Assembly: GCA_900315845.1 (NCBI GenBank)
Contig: OOHK01000001.1
Location: forward strand, 262,791 to 294,790
DNA length: 32,000 nucleotides
Source: Candidatus Avelusimicrobium luingense
GTDB taxonomy: Bacteria; Elusimicrobiota; Elusimicrobia; Elusimicrobiales; Elusimicrobiaceae
Direction of reading: 5' to 3'
Shown: piece after piece, positions 24,679 to 32,000 of the stretch
Position numbering within the stretch: the first letter of the stretch is position 1
How the letters are laid out: every line of letters begins with the position of its first letter
Program-made: the position numbers and the translations under genes
Notes under the pieces: model-generated
Databases searched by the model: none
Seen by the model: the letters and a program-made list of their open reading frames with translations, nothing else
What the model was told of the DNA's origin: nothing

Positions 24679-24840
24679 CAGAGAGATTCGGTCACAAGTC
24701 GCTTCGCTGACGCTACGCTCTCGCGACCCCGGCTCGCGGTACTCGCCTTTGCCTAATGGCAAAACTCGTACATCGCTGCGCCTTTCGAATCTCTACGCGA
24801 CACCAAGCAGTTGGTGTCGCTTTCACTCTCTCTTTATGAA
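24679..24840. ncRNA. candidate structured RNA or att-scar element of unknown class adjacent to tRNA-Ser
   Basis: GC-rich island in an AT-rich spacer. Contains a 10-bp perfect hairpin at 24797-24820, a 6-bp hairpin at 24748-24763, and a 9-bp long-range pairing 24682-24690 / 24786-24794. Ends at the 24845-24872 terminator. Strand is unresolved. Confidence 0.4.
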
Positions 24841-24844
24841 TTAA

Positions 24845-24872
24845 AAAAACACCCTTTCGGGTGCTTTTTTAA
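24845..24872. terminator. bidirectional rho-independent terminator (downstream of tRNA-Ser on the minus strand; closes the structured element on the plus strand)
   Basis: A7 - caccc tttc gggtg - cT6. Confidence 0.8.
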
Positions 24873-24878
24873 TTCATA

Positions 24879-24965
24879 CGGAGAGGGAGAGATTCGAACT
24901 CTCGATACGGTTTCCCGTATGCAGTCTTTCCAGGACTGTGCCTTCAACCACTCGGCCACCTCTCC
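24879..24965 (-). tRNA. tRNA-Ser (anticodon GGA), 87 nt, long variable arm, CCA not encoded
   Basis: Manual fold: acceptor GGAGAGG/CCTCTCC, anticodon stem CAGTC/GACTG with loop CTGGAAA, variable arm ATACGG-GAAA-CCGTAT, T-arm GAGAG-TTCGAAT-CTCTC, discriminator G. Confidence 0.93.
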
Positions 24966-25025
24966 AAAATCGGAGTGATTAAAACTACCTTTTTATTATA
25001 GCAAATTATAACCGGCTTGAAAAAT

Positions 25026-25277
25026 TTACCGTCGGGATGAACCGAAAAGAAAACCAAACAACCGCCCTAAAAGCATCAGCGGTACTAAAATACATACGCT
25101 AAAAAGTATTACTGCCACCGTCGCCAAAAAACCTACGGTCAGGACTAACAGTCCCCCCAAAAGTCCGCCGTTATCACCTTGCACACGGGCGTGGTCTTTT
25201 GGAGCAGTGGGCGAAATCACTTGGCCCGTTTCATCAATAATTTCCGGCTCAATAATCTCCGACTGCGGCTGATTCAT
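25026..25277 (-). CDS. small hypothetical membrane protein (acidic N-terminus, C-terminal TM hairpin)
   Basis: 83 aa starting at ATG 25277 (MNQPQSEIIEPEII...), immediately downstream of the luxS stop. No clear SD. The tracked 25355 start would overlap luxS. Confidence 0.5.
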   Translation of the reverse strand: MNQPQSEIIEPEIIDETGQVISPTAPKDHARVQGDNGGLLGGLLVLTVGFLATVAVILFSVCILVPLMLLGRLFGFLFGSSRR

Positions 25278-25287
25278 AGTTGTAAAA

Positions 25288-25776
25288 TCAATTAGCCCGG
25301 CGCGGATACACGCTGTCTTGCGGTGTCCAATTAGCCAGCACTTCGGCAAAAGCACGCGCTTCGCGTTTGGCTCCGTCTAAATCATGCAAGCGGTAATTGC
25401 CGCATTCCCATGCGTATTTAGCCCCGGGGATTTCTCCCTCAAAATTAGCGATAAATAAAAATGCTTCGCACAGTAACGAAACCGCATCCGCGGCTTCCCA
25501 TGTTCCGGCAATCAGTAAATCAAATCCGGTTTGGCAACCCATCGGCCCCCAATACAATACTTTATCAGCCCACGAAGAATGTTCGCGCAAATATACCGCA
25601 CCTAAATGCTCCAGCGTATGAATAATGGCCGGAGTAAGCGGGGTTTGGCGGTACGGGGCTTTTAAGCGTACGTCAAAAGTAGTTACCACTTTGGGCCCCA
25701 TTTGGTCGCGCCGGGCCACATAAATACCCGGGTTTAATTTTTCGTGGTCCACTTCAAAACTGGGAATTTTATTCAT
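25288..25776 (-). CDS. luxS: S-ribosylhomocysteine lyase
   Basis: HTLEHL metal-binding motif (IIHTLEHLGAVYL) and GCQTGF. I chose ATG 25776 with a GGAGG SD; it overlaps the mtnN stop (ATGAATAA). Confidence 0.92.
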   Translation of the reverse strand: MNKIPSFEVDHEKLNPGIYVARRDQMGPKVVTTFDVRLKAPYRQTPLTPAIIHTLEHLGAVYLREHSSWADKVLYWGPMGCQTGFDLLIAGTWEAADAVSLLCEAFLFIANFEGEIPGAKYAWECGNYRLHDLDGAKREARAFAEVLANWTPQDSVYPRRAN

Positions 25777-26485
25777 TCGCAAATTCCTCCGTTAACGCTA
25801 ACAATAAGGCCCACGTCCGTTCAAAACCCGTATGAGCCATGGTCTGCCAAAAATTATCATATTGCGTTTGGTTAGTTTCGTGTTTTCCCGCCACATCACT
25901 AATCAGACGCATACATAAGAACGGAACATCATAACGATAACACACTTGGGCAATCGCAGTTGATTCCATATCACAGGCGAGTGCTTGCGGAAAATGTTTC
26001 AAAATTTTTGCAACCGGTTCAGCCCCGGATACAAATTGGTCGCCCGTACAGATAAGCCCCGTATGCACGGCATGCGGTGTTTTTTCATAGGCGCGCTCTG
26101 CCACAGATAACAAAACCGGTGAAGCCGAGAAATAAGTCGGCAAATCTTGCACTTGCCCGTACTCGTTACCTTCGCCGCACCACATATCGTGATATACATA
26201 TTGCGTACCGATCACGCTGTCTAACGTGTTGAGCGCGGAGTTAAGTCCCCCCGCCACCCCGGAATTGATAATATAATCGGGGGCAAAATTTTTAATCATC
26301 TCCAGTGTACCGATAGCCGCATTGACTTTGCCCATACCACACTGCGATATAACAATTTCGCATTCGTTTAACTGACCTTTTATAAATTTAAACGGTCCGA
26401 TTTTAACGGCCCGGTGTGTCTGCAAACGGGAAACCAGTTGCTCGCTTTCTTGGGATAATGCACAAATAATTCCTATTTTTGTCAT
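25769..26485 (-). CDS. mtnN: 5'-methylthioadenosine/S-adenosylhomocysteine nucleosidase
   Basis: 238 aa. MTKIGIICA, GMGKVNAA, SGVAGG and CDMESTAIAQVC motifs of the Pfs/MtnN family. Confidence 0.92.
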   Translation of the reverse strand: MTKIGIICALSQESEQLVSRLQTHRAVKIGPFKFIKGQLNECEIVISQCGMGKVNAAIGTLEMIKNFAPDYIINSGVAGGLNSALNTLDSVIGTQYVYHDMWCGEGNEYGQVQDLPTYFSASPVLLSVAERAYEKTPHAVHTGLICTGDQFVSGAEPVAKILKHFPQALACDMESTAIAQVCYRYDVPFLCMRLISDVAGKHETNQTQYDNFWQTMAHTGFERTWALLLALTEEFANE

Positions 26486-26602
26486 AAAGCACCTCTTTAA
26501 TATATTTTTACATAAATTTTCCCGCCGCGCAAGATTTAGTAAAATATATATAGGTTACGCGTGAAGTCACATCACGCAATTTCAAAAACCGAGGAAAAAA
26601 TT

Positions 26603-29314
26603 ATGTTACCCAAAGCGTATGAACCGCAGGAAGTAGAACAAAAACTCGCCGAAAAATGGCAAAAAGCAAAACTATTCGCCGCCAAGGCCGATAAAACCAA
26701 AAAACCGTTTGTTATTGTTATCCCCCCACCCAATATTACCGGGGCTTTACACATGGGCCATGCGTCCACCAACACGTTACAAGATGTGCTCATCCGCGCG
26801 CACCGCATGTTTGGTGAAGATGCCTACTGGGTGCCCGGCACCGACCACGGCGGTATTGCCACCCAAAACGTCATTGAAAAAAAACTTTCCAAAGAACAAC
26901 ATAAATCGCGCCACGATCTGGGCCGCGAAGAATTTGTCAAAACCGTTTGGGAATGGTACAACGAATGCGGTAACGCTATTTACACCCAATTTCGCAAAAT
27001 GGGCTGGGCGCTTGATTTAAGCGATATTCGTTTTACGATGGACGAAAAACGTGCCAAAGCCGTTTATGAATGTTTCAAACAATGGTGGGATAAAAAATAT
27101 ATCTACCGCGGCAAACGCCTTATCAACTGGTGCGTGCGCTGCTCTACTGCACTGTCCGATATTGAAGTAGAACACGAACAGCACGCCGGAAAACTTTGGC
27201 ACTTACGCTATAAAGGAGAGGATGGCTCGGACGGCATTGTTATTGCCACCACCCGGCCCGAAACCATTTACGCAGACGCCGCGATTGCCGTCAACCCCAA
27301 AGACAAACGCTTTGCGAAAATGATTGGTAAAAAAGTGATTATTCCCTTGGCTAACCGCGCTATTCCGATAATTGCCGACGAAGCTGTAGAAATGGAATTT
27401 GGTACGGGGGCACTTAAAATCACTCCGGCGCACGACGCGACCGACTATGAAGTCGGCAAACGCCACAACTTGCCCATTATGACCGTTATTAACGATAAAG
27501 GAAAGATGATCAACTGCCCCGAAAAATACTTGGGCATGGACCGAGATGTCTGCCGCAAAGAAACCGTCAAAGATTTAGACGCCGCGGGGCTGCTTGTCAA
27601 AGAAGAAAAATATACAAATAATGTTTCCACTTGCTACCGCTGCCACAGCACGATTGAGCCGTTTATGAGCGAACAATGGTTTGTCAAAATGGACCAACTC
27701 GCCGCGCCGGCTATCAAAGCCGCCGAAACGGGCAAACTCGCCTTTCACCCGGCCAACTGGAAAAATCCGTTTTTGAATTGGCTTAAAAACATACAAGATT
27801 GGTGCATTTCGCGCCAAATTTGGTGGGGGCACCGTATCCCCGTTTGGTACTGCCGCCATTGTAGCGAAAAAGGACTCACTTTCGCCACCGACCAACAAGG
27901 CCGCGAACAACTCACGAAAGTTTCTTTTGAAGACGGAGCCAAACCGATTGTGTCGTTTGACAAACCGGAGAAATGTCCGCATTGCGGCGGGCACGATTTA
28001 GTGCAAGATCCCGACGTGTTAGACACGTGGTTTTCGTCCGCATTATGGCCGATGTCCGTTTTCGGTTGGCCGGAAAAGACAACGGATATGGAACATTTTT
28101 ACCCCACTTCTGTCATGGTAACGGGATATGAAATTTTGTACCTGTGGGTAGCGCGTATGGTAATGACCGGGCTTGATTTTACCGGGAAATTACCGTTTAA
28201 GGACGTATATTTGAACGGTATCGTACGCGATAAAAGCGGACAGAAAATGAGTAAGTCTAAAGGCAACGTCATTGATCCGTTGGATATGACCGCCAAATAC
28301 GGTACCGACGCCGTACGCTTTTCGCTCTTAATGCAAGCGGTGCCGAGTAAAGATATTCCGTACGCCGAAGAAAGTATTACCGGTGCGCGTAATTTCTGCA
28401 ATAAACTCTACAATGCTTCGCGCTTTATCTTAATGAATATGGAAGGGATCAACGGCCCGCTTGCCATGCCTAAAAACGTCACCGAACTGGCCGACAAGTG
28501 GATTATAGATCGCTTTACCAATGCCGTTAAAACGGCGCGCGAAGGTATTGAAAAATACAACTTGGCTTTGACCGCCAATACGCTTTATCACTTCTTGTGG
28601 GGTGATTTCTGCGATTGGTATATTGAACTGGCCAAACAACGTTTCCAGACGCAAGAAAAAGAACACGTTATGGCTTTGTGCGTGAACATTTTGTACGGTA
28701 CATTGAAAGCGTTGCACCCGCTTATTCCGTTTGTAACGGAAGAAATTGCGGCGTCTTTGCGGCCGTATGTGGGAGAAAAAGAAGAATTTTTACTCAACCA
28801 AACCTACCCGCAATTTGAGGCCACGCTTTGCCACCCGGATGCCGTGCAAAAAATGGACGTTATCCAAGGGGTAACGCGTGTAATTCGCACGATTCGCAGT
28901 CAATTTAACGTGCCGCCGGGCCTTAAAATTTCTGCCGTTATCTCGGCTAAAGACGGAAACGATTTAACGATCGTGCGCGACTATGCCGCCTATATCAAGT
29001 TAATGGCAAAAATTGAGAATTTAACCATTGAAGTCAATGCCGCCAAACCGCAACAAACGGCTACCGCGGTATTTGAAAACTTGACGGTCTATGTACCGCT
29101 TACCGGCTTAATTGACTTTGATAAAGAACGCAAACGCTTGGAAAAAGAGTTAGCGCAAGCCAAAGCCAATATTGCCTCGCGCGAGGCGCGTTTATCGCAA
29201 GAGAATTTTATTAAACACGCTCCGGCGGAACAAATTCAAAAGACAAAAGACGAATTGGCCGCCGCCCAATTAGCACTTGCACAAGTAACCGCTTCTCTAG
29301 AGGACTTAAACTAA
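26603..29314 (+). CDS. valS: valine--tRNA ligase
   Basis: Class I motifs PPPNITGALHMGH and KMSKSKGN, CP1 editing region, C-terminal coiled coil. I chose ATG 26603 (GAGGA SD) over the tracked GTG 26561. Confidence 0.96.
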   Translation: MLPKAYEPQEVEQKLAEKWQKAKLFAAKADKTKKPFVIVIPPPNITGALHMGHASTNTLQDVLIRAHRMFGEDAYWVPGTDHGGIATQNVIEKKLSKEQHKSRHDLGREEFVKTVWEWYNECGNAIYTQFRKMGWALDLSDIRFTMDEKRAKAVYECFKQWWDKKYIYRGKRLINWCVRCSTALSDIEVEHEQHAGKLWHLRYKGEDGSDGIVIATTRPETIYADAAIAVNPKDKRFAKMIGKKVIIPLANRAIPIIADEAVEMEFGTGALKITPAHDATDYEVGKRHNLPIMTVINDKGKMINCPEKYLGMDRDVCRKETVKDLDAAGLLVKEEKYTNNVSTCYRCHSTIEPFMSEQWFVKMDQLAAPAIKAAETGKLAFHPANWKNPFLNWLKNIQDWCISRQIWWGHRIPVWYCRHCSEKGLTFATDQQGREQLTKVSFEDGAKPIVSFDKPEKCPHCGGHDLVQDPDVLDTWFSSALWPMSVFGWPEKTTDMEHFYPTSVMVTGYEILYLWVARMVMTGLDFTGKLPFKDVYLNGIVRDKSGQKMSKSKGNVIDPLDMTAKYGTDAVRFSLLMQAVPSKDIPYAEESITGARNFCNKLYNASRFILMNMEGINGPLAMPKNVTELADKWIIDRFTNAVKTAREGIEKYNLALTANTLYHFLWGDFCDWYIELAKQRFQTQEKEHVMALCVNILYGTLKALHPLIPFVTEEIAASLRPYVGEKEEFLLNQTYPQFEATLCHPDAVQKMDVIQGVTRVIRTIRSQFNVPPGLKISAVISAKDGNDLTIVRDYAAYIKLMAKIENLTIEVNAAKPQQTATAVFENLTVYVPLTGLIDFDKERKRLEKELAQAKANIASREARLSQENFIKHAPAEQIQKTKDELAAAQLALAQVTASLEDLN

Positions 29315-30639
29315 TGAAACGCACCTTATTAACAGCACTGATTGTTGTATGTTTGCCGCTTATGGCTATCGGACAAGAAACCGATTGGAAAGTCTTGTCG
29401 CGTTATGAAAAAGCCCCTGTCAAAAAACAATTGGCTTCCCGTTTGACAGACTACGCCAAAATCAATACGCAAAGCCAATTGACGGACAAAGTCCCCAGCA
29501 CGCCGGGGCAACTCAAATTGGCCAAGCAATTGGCGAAAGAACTGAAGAAAAACGGCGCGGTGCAAGTAAAAGTAGATAAATCGGGAATCGTCACCGCTCA
29601 AGTACCGGGCAACGCCGCCAACTATCCCACGGTTGCATTTTTTGCCCATTTGGATACAACGCCGTCCGTAAGTGCCCAAAATGTCCAACCGCAAACGCAT
29701 ACGTATAAAGGGGGAGAGATTGTCATCCATGCAGACAAAAAACTCGTTCTTAATACGTACAATGCCCCCCAACTGTTGCGTGCAAACGGCCACGAAATTA
29801 TCACAGCGTCCGGCGATACATTATTGGGCGCGGATGACAAAGCCGGTGCCGCCATACTGCTTACCGCCGTACAATACTTATACGATCATTCGCAATTACC
29901 TCATGGTACGTTATATTTCGTATTCACACCGGACAGTTATTCCGGCAAAGGGATTGCCCAGTTAGATGCCGCGCAAATCCCCGCCGATTATGTCTATACG
30001 TTAGATGCGGGCGAATTAGGGCAGTTAGTTAGCGAAACCTTTAGCGGCAAACAGTTCAAAGCCGTTTTTGAAGGAGACCGTACCCCGCAATTATCTACGG
30101 CTATTCATTCGCCGTTTGCGGATAACATTTTAATGGCGTCCGATTTTCACACGTTGCTCCCGCGCCATAAACGCCCGGAAACAACCGCCAACAAAAACGG
30201 ATTTATTTACGTGGATAACATCTCCACCCAAGGTAACCGCAGCGAAGTAACCGGTATTATCCGTGCATTTTCCGAAGCAGAATTGCAAACACTTACGCAA
30301 GAAGTAACCCAAGCGTTTAATACGGTAAAAAGCATGAACTATAAAGGGAAGAATTTTGCGCTCACGTTTGTCAGCCAAGATACCAATGTCAAAAATGCCT
30401 TGCCCGAAAAAACGCTCACCCGTGCCCAAACGGCTATGAAGGCCGAAGAAGTGACCCCTCTTTTAGCAGCCGCACGTCAAACAACCGACGCGGCCCGATT
30501 AGCCGTTAAAGGCTTGCCTGCCGCCGGACTGTTTACCGGATATTATCATCCCGGCACGCTGCTTGAATATGCGGATGTTGATGTCATGGAAGCCTCTTTC
30601 CGTACAGTACTGCGGCTGATTACTTCCCCTGCCAAATAA
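29314..30639 (+). CDS. M20-family peptidase T-like tripeptidase with N-terminal signal peptide
   Basis: 441 aa. FFAHLDTTPS and LGADDKAGAAIL motifs as in PepT. N-terminus MKRTLLTALIVVCLPLMAIG. The ATG overlaps the valS stop (TAATG). Confidence 0.8.
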   Translation: MKRTLLTALIVVCLPLMAIGQETDWKVLSRYEKAPVKKQLASRLTDYAKINTQSQLTDKVPSTPGQLKLAKQLAKELKKNGAVQVKVDKSGIVTAQVPGNAANYPTVAFFAHLDTTPSVSAQNVQPQTHTYKGGEIVIHADKKLVLNTYNAPQLLRANGHEIITASGDTLLGADDKAGAAILLTAVQYLYDHSQLPHGTLYFVFTPDSYSGKGIAQLDAAQIPADYVYTLDAGELGQLVSETFSGKQFKAVFEGDRTPQLSTAIHSPFADNILMASDFHTLLPRHKRPETTANKNGFIYVDNISTQGNRSEVTGIIRAFSEAELQTLTQEVTQAFNTVKSMNYKGKNFALTFVSQDTNVKNALPEKTLTRAQTAMKAEEVTPLLAAARQTTDAARLAVKGLPAAGLFTGYYHPGTLLEYADVDVMEASFRTVLRLITSPAK

Positions 30640-30660
30640 ATACAAATTGGATAATATAGA

Positions 30661-30697
30661 ACAGGCCGGAGCGTTTGCTCCGGCCTGTTTTGTTTTT
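30661..30697. terminator. rho-independent terminator between convergent genes
   Basis: 12-bp stem acaggccggagc / gctccggcctgt with loop gttt, followed by TTTTGTTTTT. Confidence 0.85.
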
Positions 30698-30707
30698 AAC
30701 AGAAGTT

Positions 30708-32000
30708 TTATCCGCGTGTACAAGTACAATTACCGCATGTACAATTTCTGTAGTGCCCACCAACGGCACAAGTATATACCGGATAAGAACCCTCCGGGCA
30801 TGGGTTGGAACCGGGCAGTCCCGCATAGAAGAACGAATATCGTTTTCCGGTGTCGTTAAATGAATACCCCGGATCTATATGATCCAACTTTATCGTATGA
30901 TTCTCCGTAATATTATTAGATACAGAATTCATGCAATAATAACTGGTATTACTGTATTCATAGCAACACCAATCTCCATTTGCAGGCCTTGTGGCACACC
31001 CCGGATTGGAAGCCGTACACGACGTACAACCCTGATAGACATACTGATAATTGGGGCTGGTGCAAGCATAACTTGTGACACCGTGATACCCATTAGTACA
31101 TGTACAGTCGCTTCCACTCGGATTAGTTCCGCAGCAGGAACTCGTTGCTGAACATGAAGAATAAGCCTCACTCCCCGTTTTCCATTTGTGAGTAGACGTA
31201 TTACAATAATGCGTCCGAGTACCACAGCCGGACGAATAGCCGCTTCCTGACGGGGTACAAGATTCCGTTGCATTCGCCGTACATTCTATTTCCACACATC
31301 CCGAAGTATCCCAATTGCCGCACGATCTGTCATACGAATTGGTACATGTACAAGTTCGGGTTTTTGTACCGGCATATCCACTAGGGCAAGAACCGGTTTC
31401 CGTTGTGGTTGCTCCCGGATTACACCGGCATGTCCAACTGGTGCTCCAGTAACCGTTTCCCTGACAGGTTTTAACTCTTGTACCGGCTAAACCATTATCA
31501 GAGCAACTATCTCCCTCAAGGAGGGTGTTTGTTGCCGTACAAGAACCGTAATCACCCCAAAAACCATTGGAACAAGTACGCGTTTGGCTACCGCATTGGT
31601 TACAGTCTCTACTTTGTTGCTGTCCACTAGTACATGCGCAATCCGCCACCGTACAAGAACCCCAAGCACCCCAAGTTCCGGTGTTGGTGTCGCAAGTACG
31701 TGTTTGTGTACCTGAGTTGTTACATCCGCAAGATCTCGTATTTGTATAACCACCTTCCGGAGCGCATTCGCAATGAACCCCTTGACAAGCACTCCAAGCG
31801 CTCCATTGACCGGTTGCCGTATCACAAGTACGTGTTTGCGTACCTGAATTATTACAACCGCAGGATTGTTCACTAGCCCCCGGACAAGGAATGGGCGGGT
31901 TGCAACTTTCTTCCGTAGCGGTATAATCCGCACGGGCAATCAGTTGGTTGCACGGCGGATAATCTTTATTTAATTTATCGCATTGGTTACCCGGTGCATC
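30708..32000 (-). CDS. Cys-rich repeat protein, C-terminal ~430 aa (5' end beyond window); WSxWSxC / RxC repeats
   Basis: By manual translation the frame of tracked ORF 30708..31649 (which starts at an internal GTG) stays open up to base 32000. About 15% Cys and rich in T/S/G/N. Repeats such as SCGCNNSGTQTRTCDT(A/N)TG(Q/T)W(S/G)AW(S/G)(A/S)C. Confidence 0.8.
   Translation of the reverse strand, partial: DAPGNQCDKLNKDYPPCNQLIARADYTATEESCNPPIPCPGASEQSCGCNNSGTQTRTCDTATGQWSAWSACQGVHCECAPEGGYTNTRSCGCNNSGTQTRTCDTNTGTWGAWGSCTVADCACTSGQQQSRDCNQCGSQTRTCSNGFWGDYGSCTATNTLLEGDSCSDNGLAGTRVKTCQGNGYWSTSWTCRCNPGATTTETGSCPSGYAGTKTRTCTCTNSYDRSCGNWDTSGCVEIECTANATESCTPSGSGYSSGCGTRTHYCNTSTHKWKTGSEAYSSCSATSSCCGTNPSGSDCTCTNGYHGVTSYACTSPNYQYVYQGCTSCTASNPGCATRPANGDWCCYEYSNTSYYCMNSVSNNITENHTIKLDHIDPGYSFNDTGKRYSFFYAGLPGSNPCPEGSYPVYTCAVGGHYRNCTCGNCTCTRG
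31573..31862 (-). repeat. tandem 120-132-bp (40-44 codon) repeats within the Cys-rich CDS
   Basis: caagtacg(t/c)gtttg... recurs at 31573, 31693 and 31825. The 31693 and 31825 copies are near-identical over about 40 bp. Confidence 0.75.

Noticed and set aside
24662-24844. 60-aa plus-strand ORF (MILNFYREIRSQVASLTLRSRDPGSRY...) covering the structured element
   Set aside because: It has no SD, an Arg/Ser-rich composition typical of translated GC-rich structured DNA, and overlaps strong hairpins and a terminator. I treated the region as a candidate RNA or att scar instead.
24037-24965. Genomic island integrated at tRNA-Ser
   Set aside because: There is no integrase, excisionase or other mobility gene in the window, and only 10-11-nt T-arm-derived repeats within 220 bp. 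I kept this as one interpretation of the structured element, not as a mobile_element call.
31487-31939. 150-aa minus-strand ORF, plus several plus- and minus-strand ORFs (30879-31151, 30929-31273, 31567-31876), inside the Cys-rich gene
   Set aside because: These are alternative frames of a repetitive, stop-poor sequence. The frame continuing 30708..31649 upstream stays open to base 32000 and carries the coherent Cys/Trp repeat pattern.
1-32000. CRISPR arrays, transposases/IS elements, toxin-antitoxin or known anti-phage defence genes
   Set aside because: I scanned both strands for regularly spaced direct repeats, terminal inverted repeats, and DDE, recombinase or nuclease-type ORFs, and found none. 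All ORFs over 60 aa are accounted for by the features above or are antisense shadows.

Overview
Chromosomal window, mostly housekeeping, from an anaerobic bacterium of roughly 40-45% GC. The three scattered pilin-like genes sharing an [24 protein letters not shown] N-terminus, together with a HydABC hydrogenase, remind me of Elusimicrobium-type genomes, but I cannot verify that here.

Gene content in order:
- Plus-strand operon: phosphohexomutase (5' truncated), eno, ftsB-like, MBL hydrolase, lgt, rluD-like.
- An exported CPWC thioredoxin-fold protein.
- Pilin-like gene 1.
- hydC-hydB-hydA, a trimeric NuoE/NuoF-type [FeFe] hydrogenase, on the minus strand.
- A polytopic membrane protein.
- A secreted Ala/Lys/Gln 11-mer repeat protein.
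- Minus-strand cluster: accB-like, accC, heptose-1-P adenylyltransferase, serine-palmitoyltransferase-like oxoamine synthase, GNAT-like acyltransferase.
- tspO, pilin-like gene 2, and a DUF948-like small protein.
- A class III ribonucleotide reductase locus (nrdD in two pieces, then nrdG).
- M29 aminopeptidase, an unknown membrane protein, and pilin-like gene 3.
- tRNA-Ser(GGA) with an adjacent structured GC-rich element.
- mtnN-luxS plus a small membrane protein.
- valS, and a PepT-like M20 peptidase with a signal peptide.
- The 3' ~430 codons of a very Cys-rich repeat protein that runs off the window.

I found no CRISPR array, transposase, integrase or recognisable defence gene.

Most unusual observations:
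1. nrdD is split exactly between its Zn ribbon and its glycyl-radical loop. The loop sits on a separate 75-aa ORF, and both new termini carry heptad-patterned helices.
2. Two pilin-like genes have an 11-nt homopolymer (A11 and T11) inside the 16-nt spacer of TTGACA/-10 promoters. These are candidate phase-variation switches.
3. A ~160-nt structured element next to tRNA-Ser contains one direct and one inverted copy of the tRNA T-arm sequence.
4. The BCCP-like protein lacks the canonical AMKM biotinylation motif.
5. A serine-palmitoyltransferase-like enzyme sits next to a GNAT-like acyltransferase.
6. The Cys-rich protein carries WSxWSxC / RxC repeats resembling thrombospondin type-1 repeats.

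All functional calls rest on motif recognition by eye; no searches were run.
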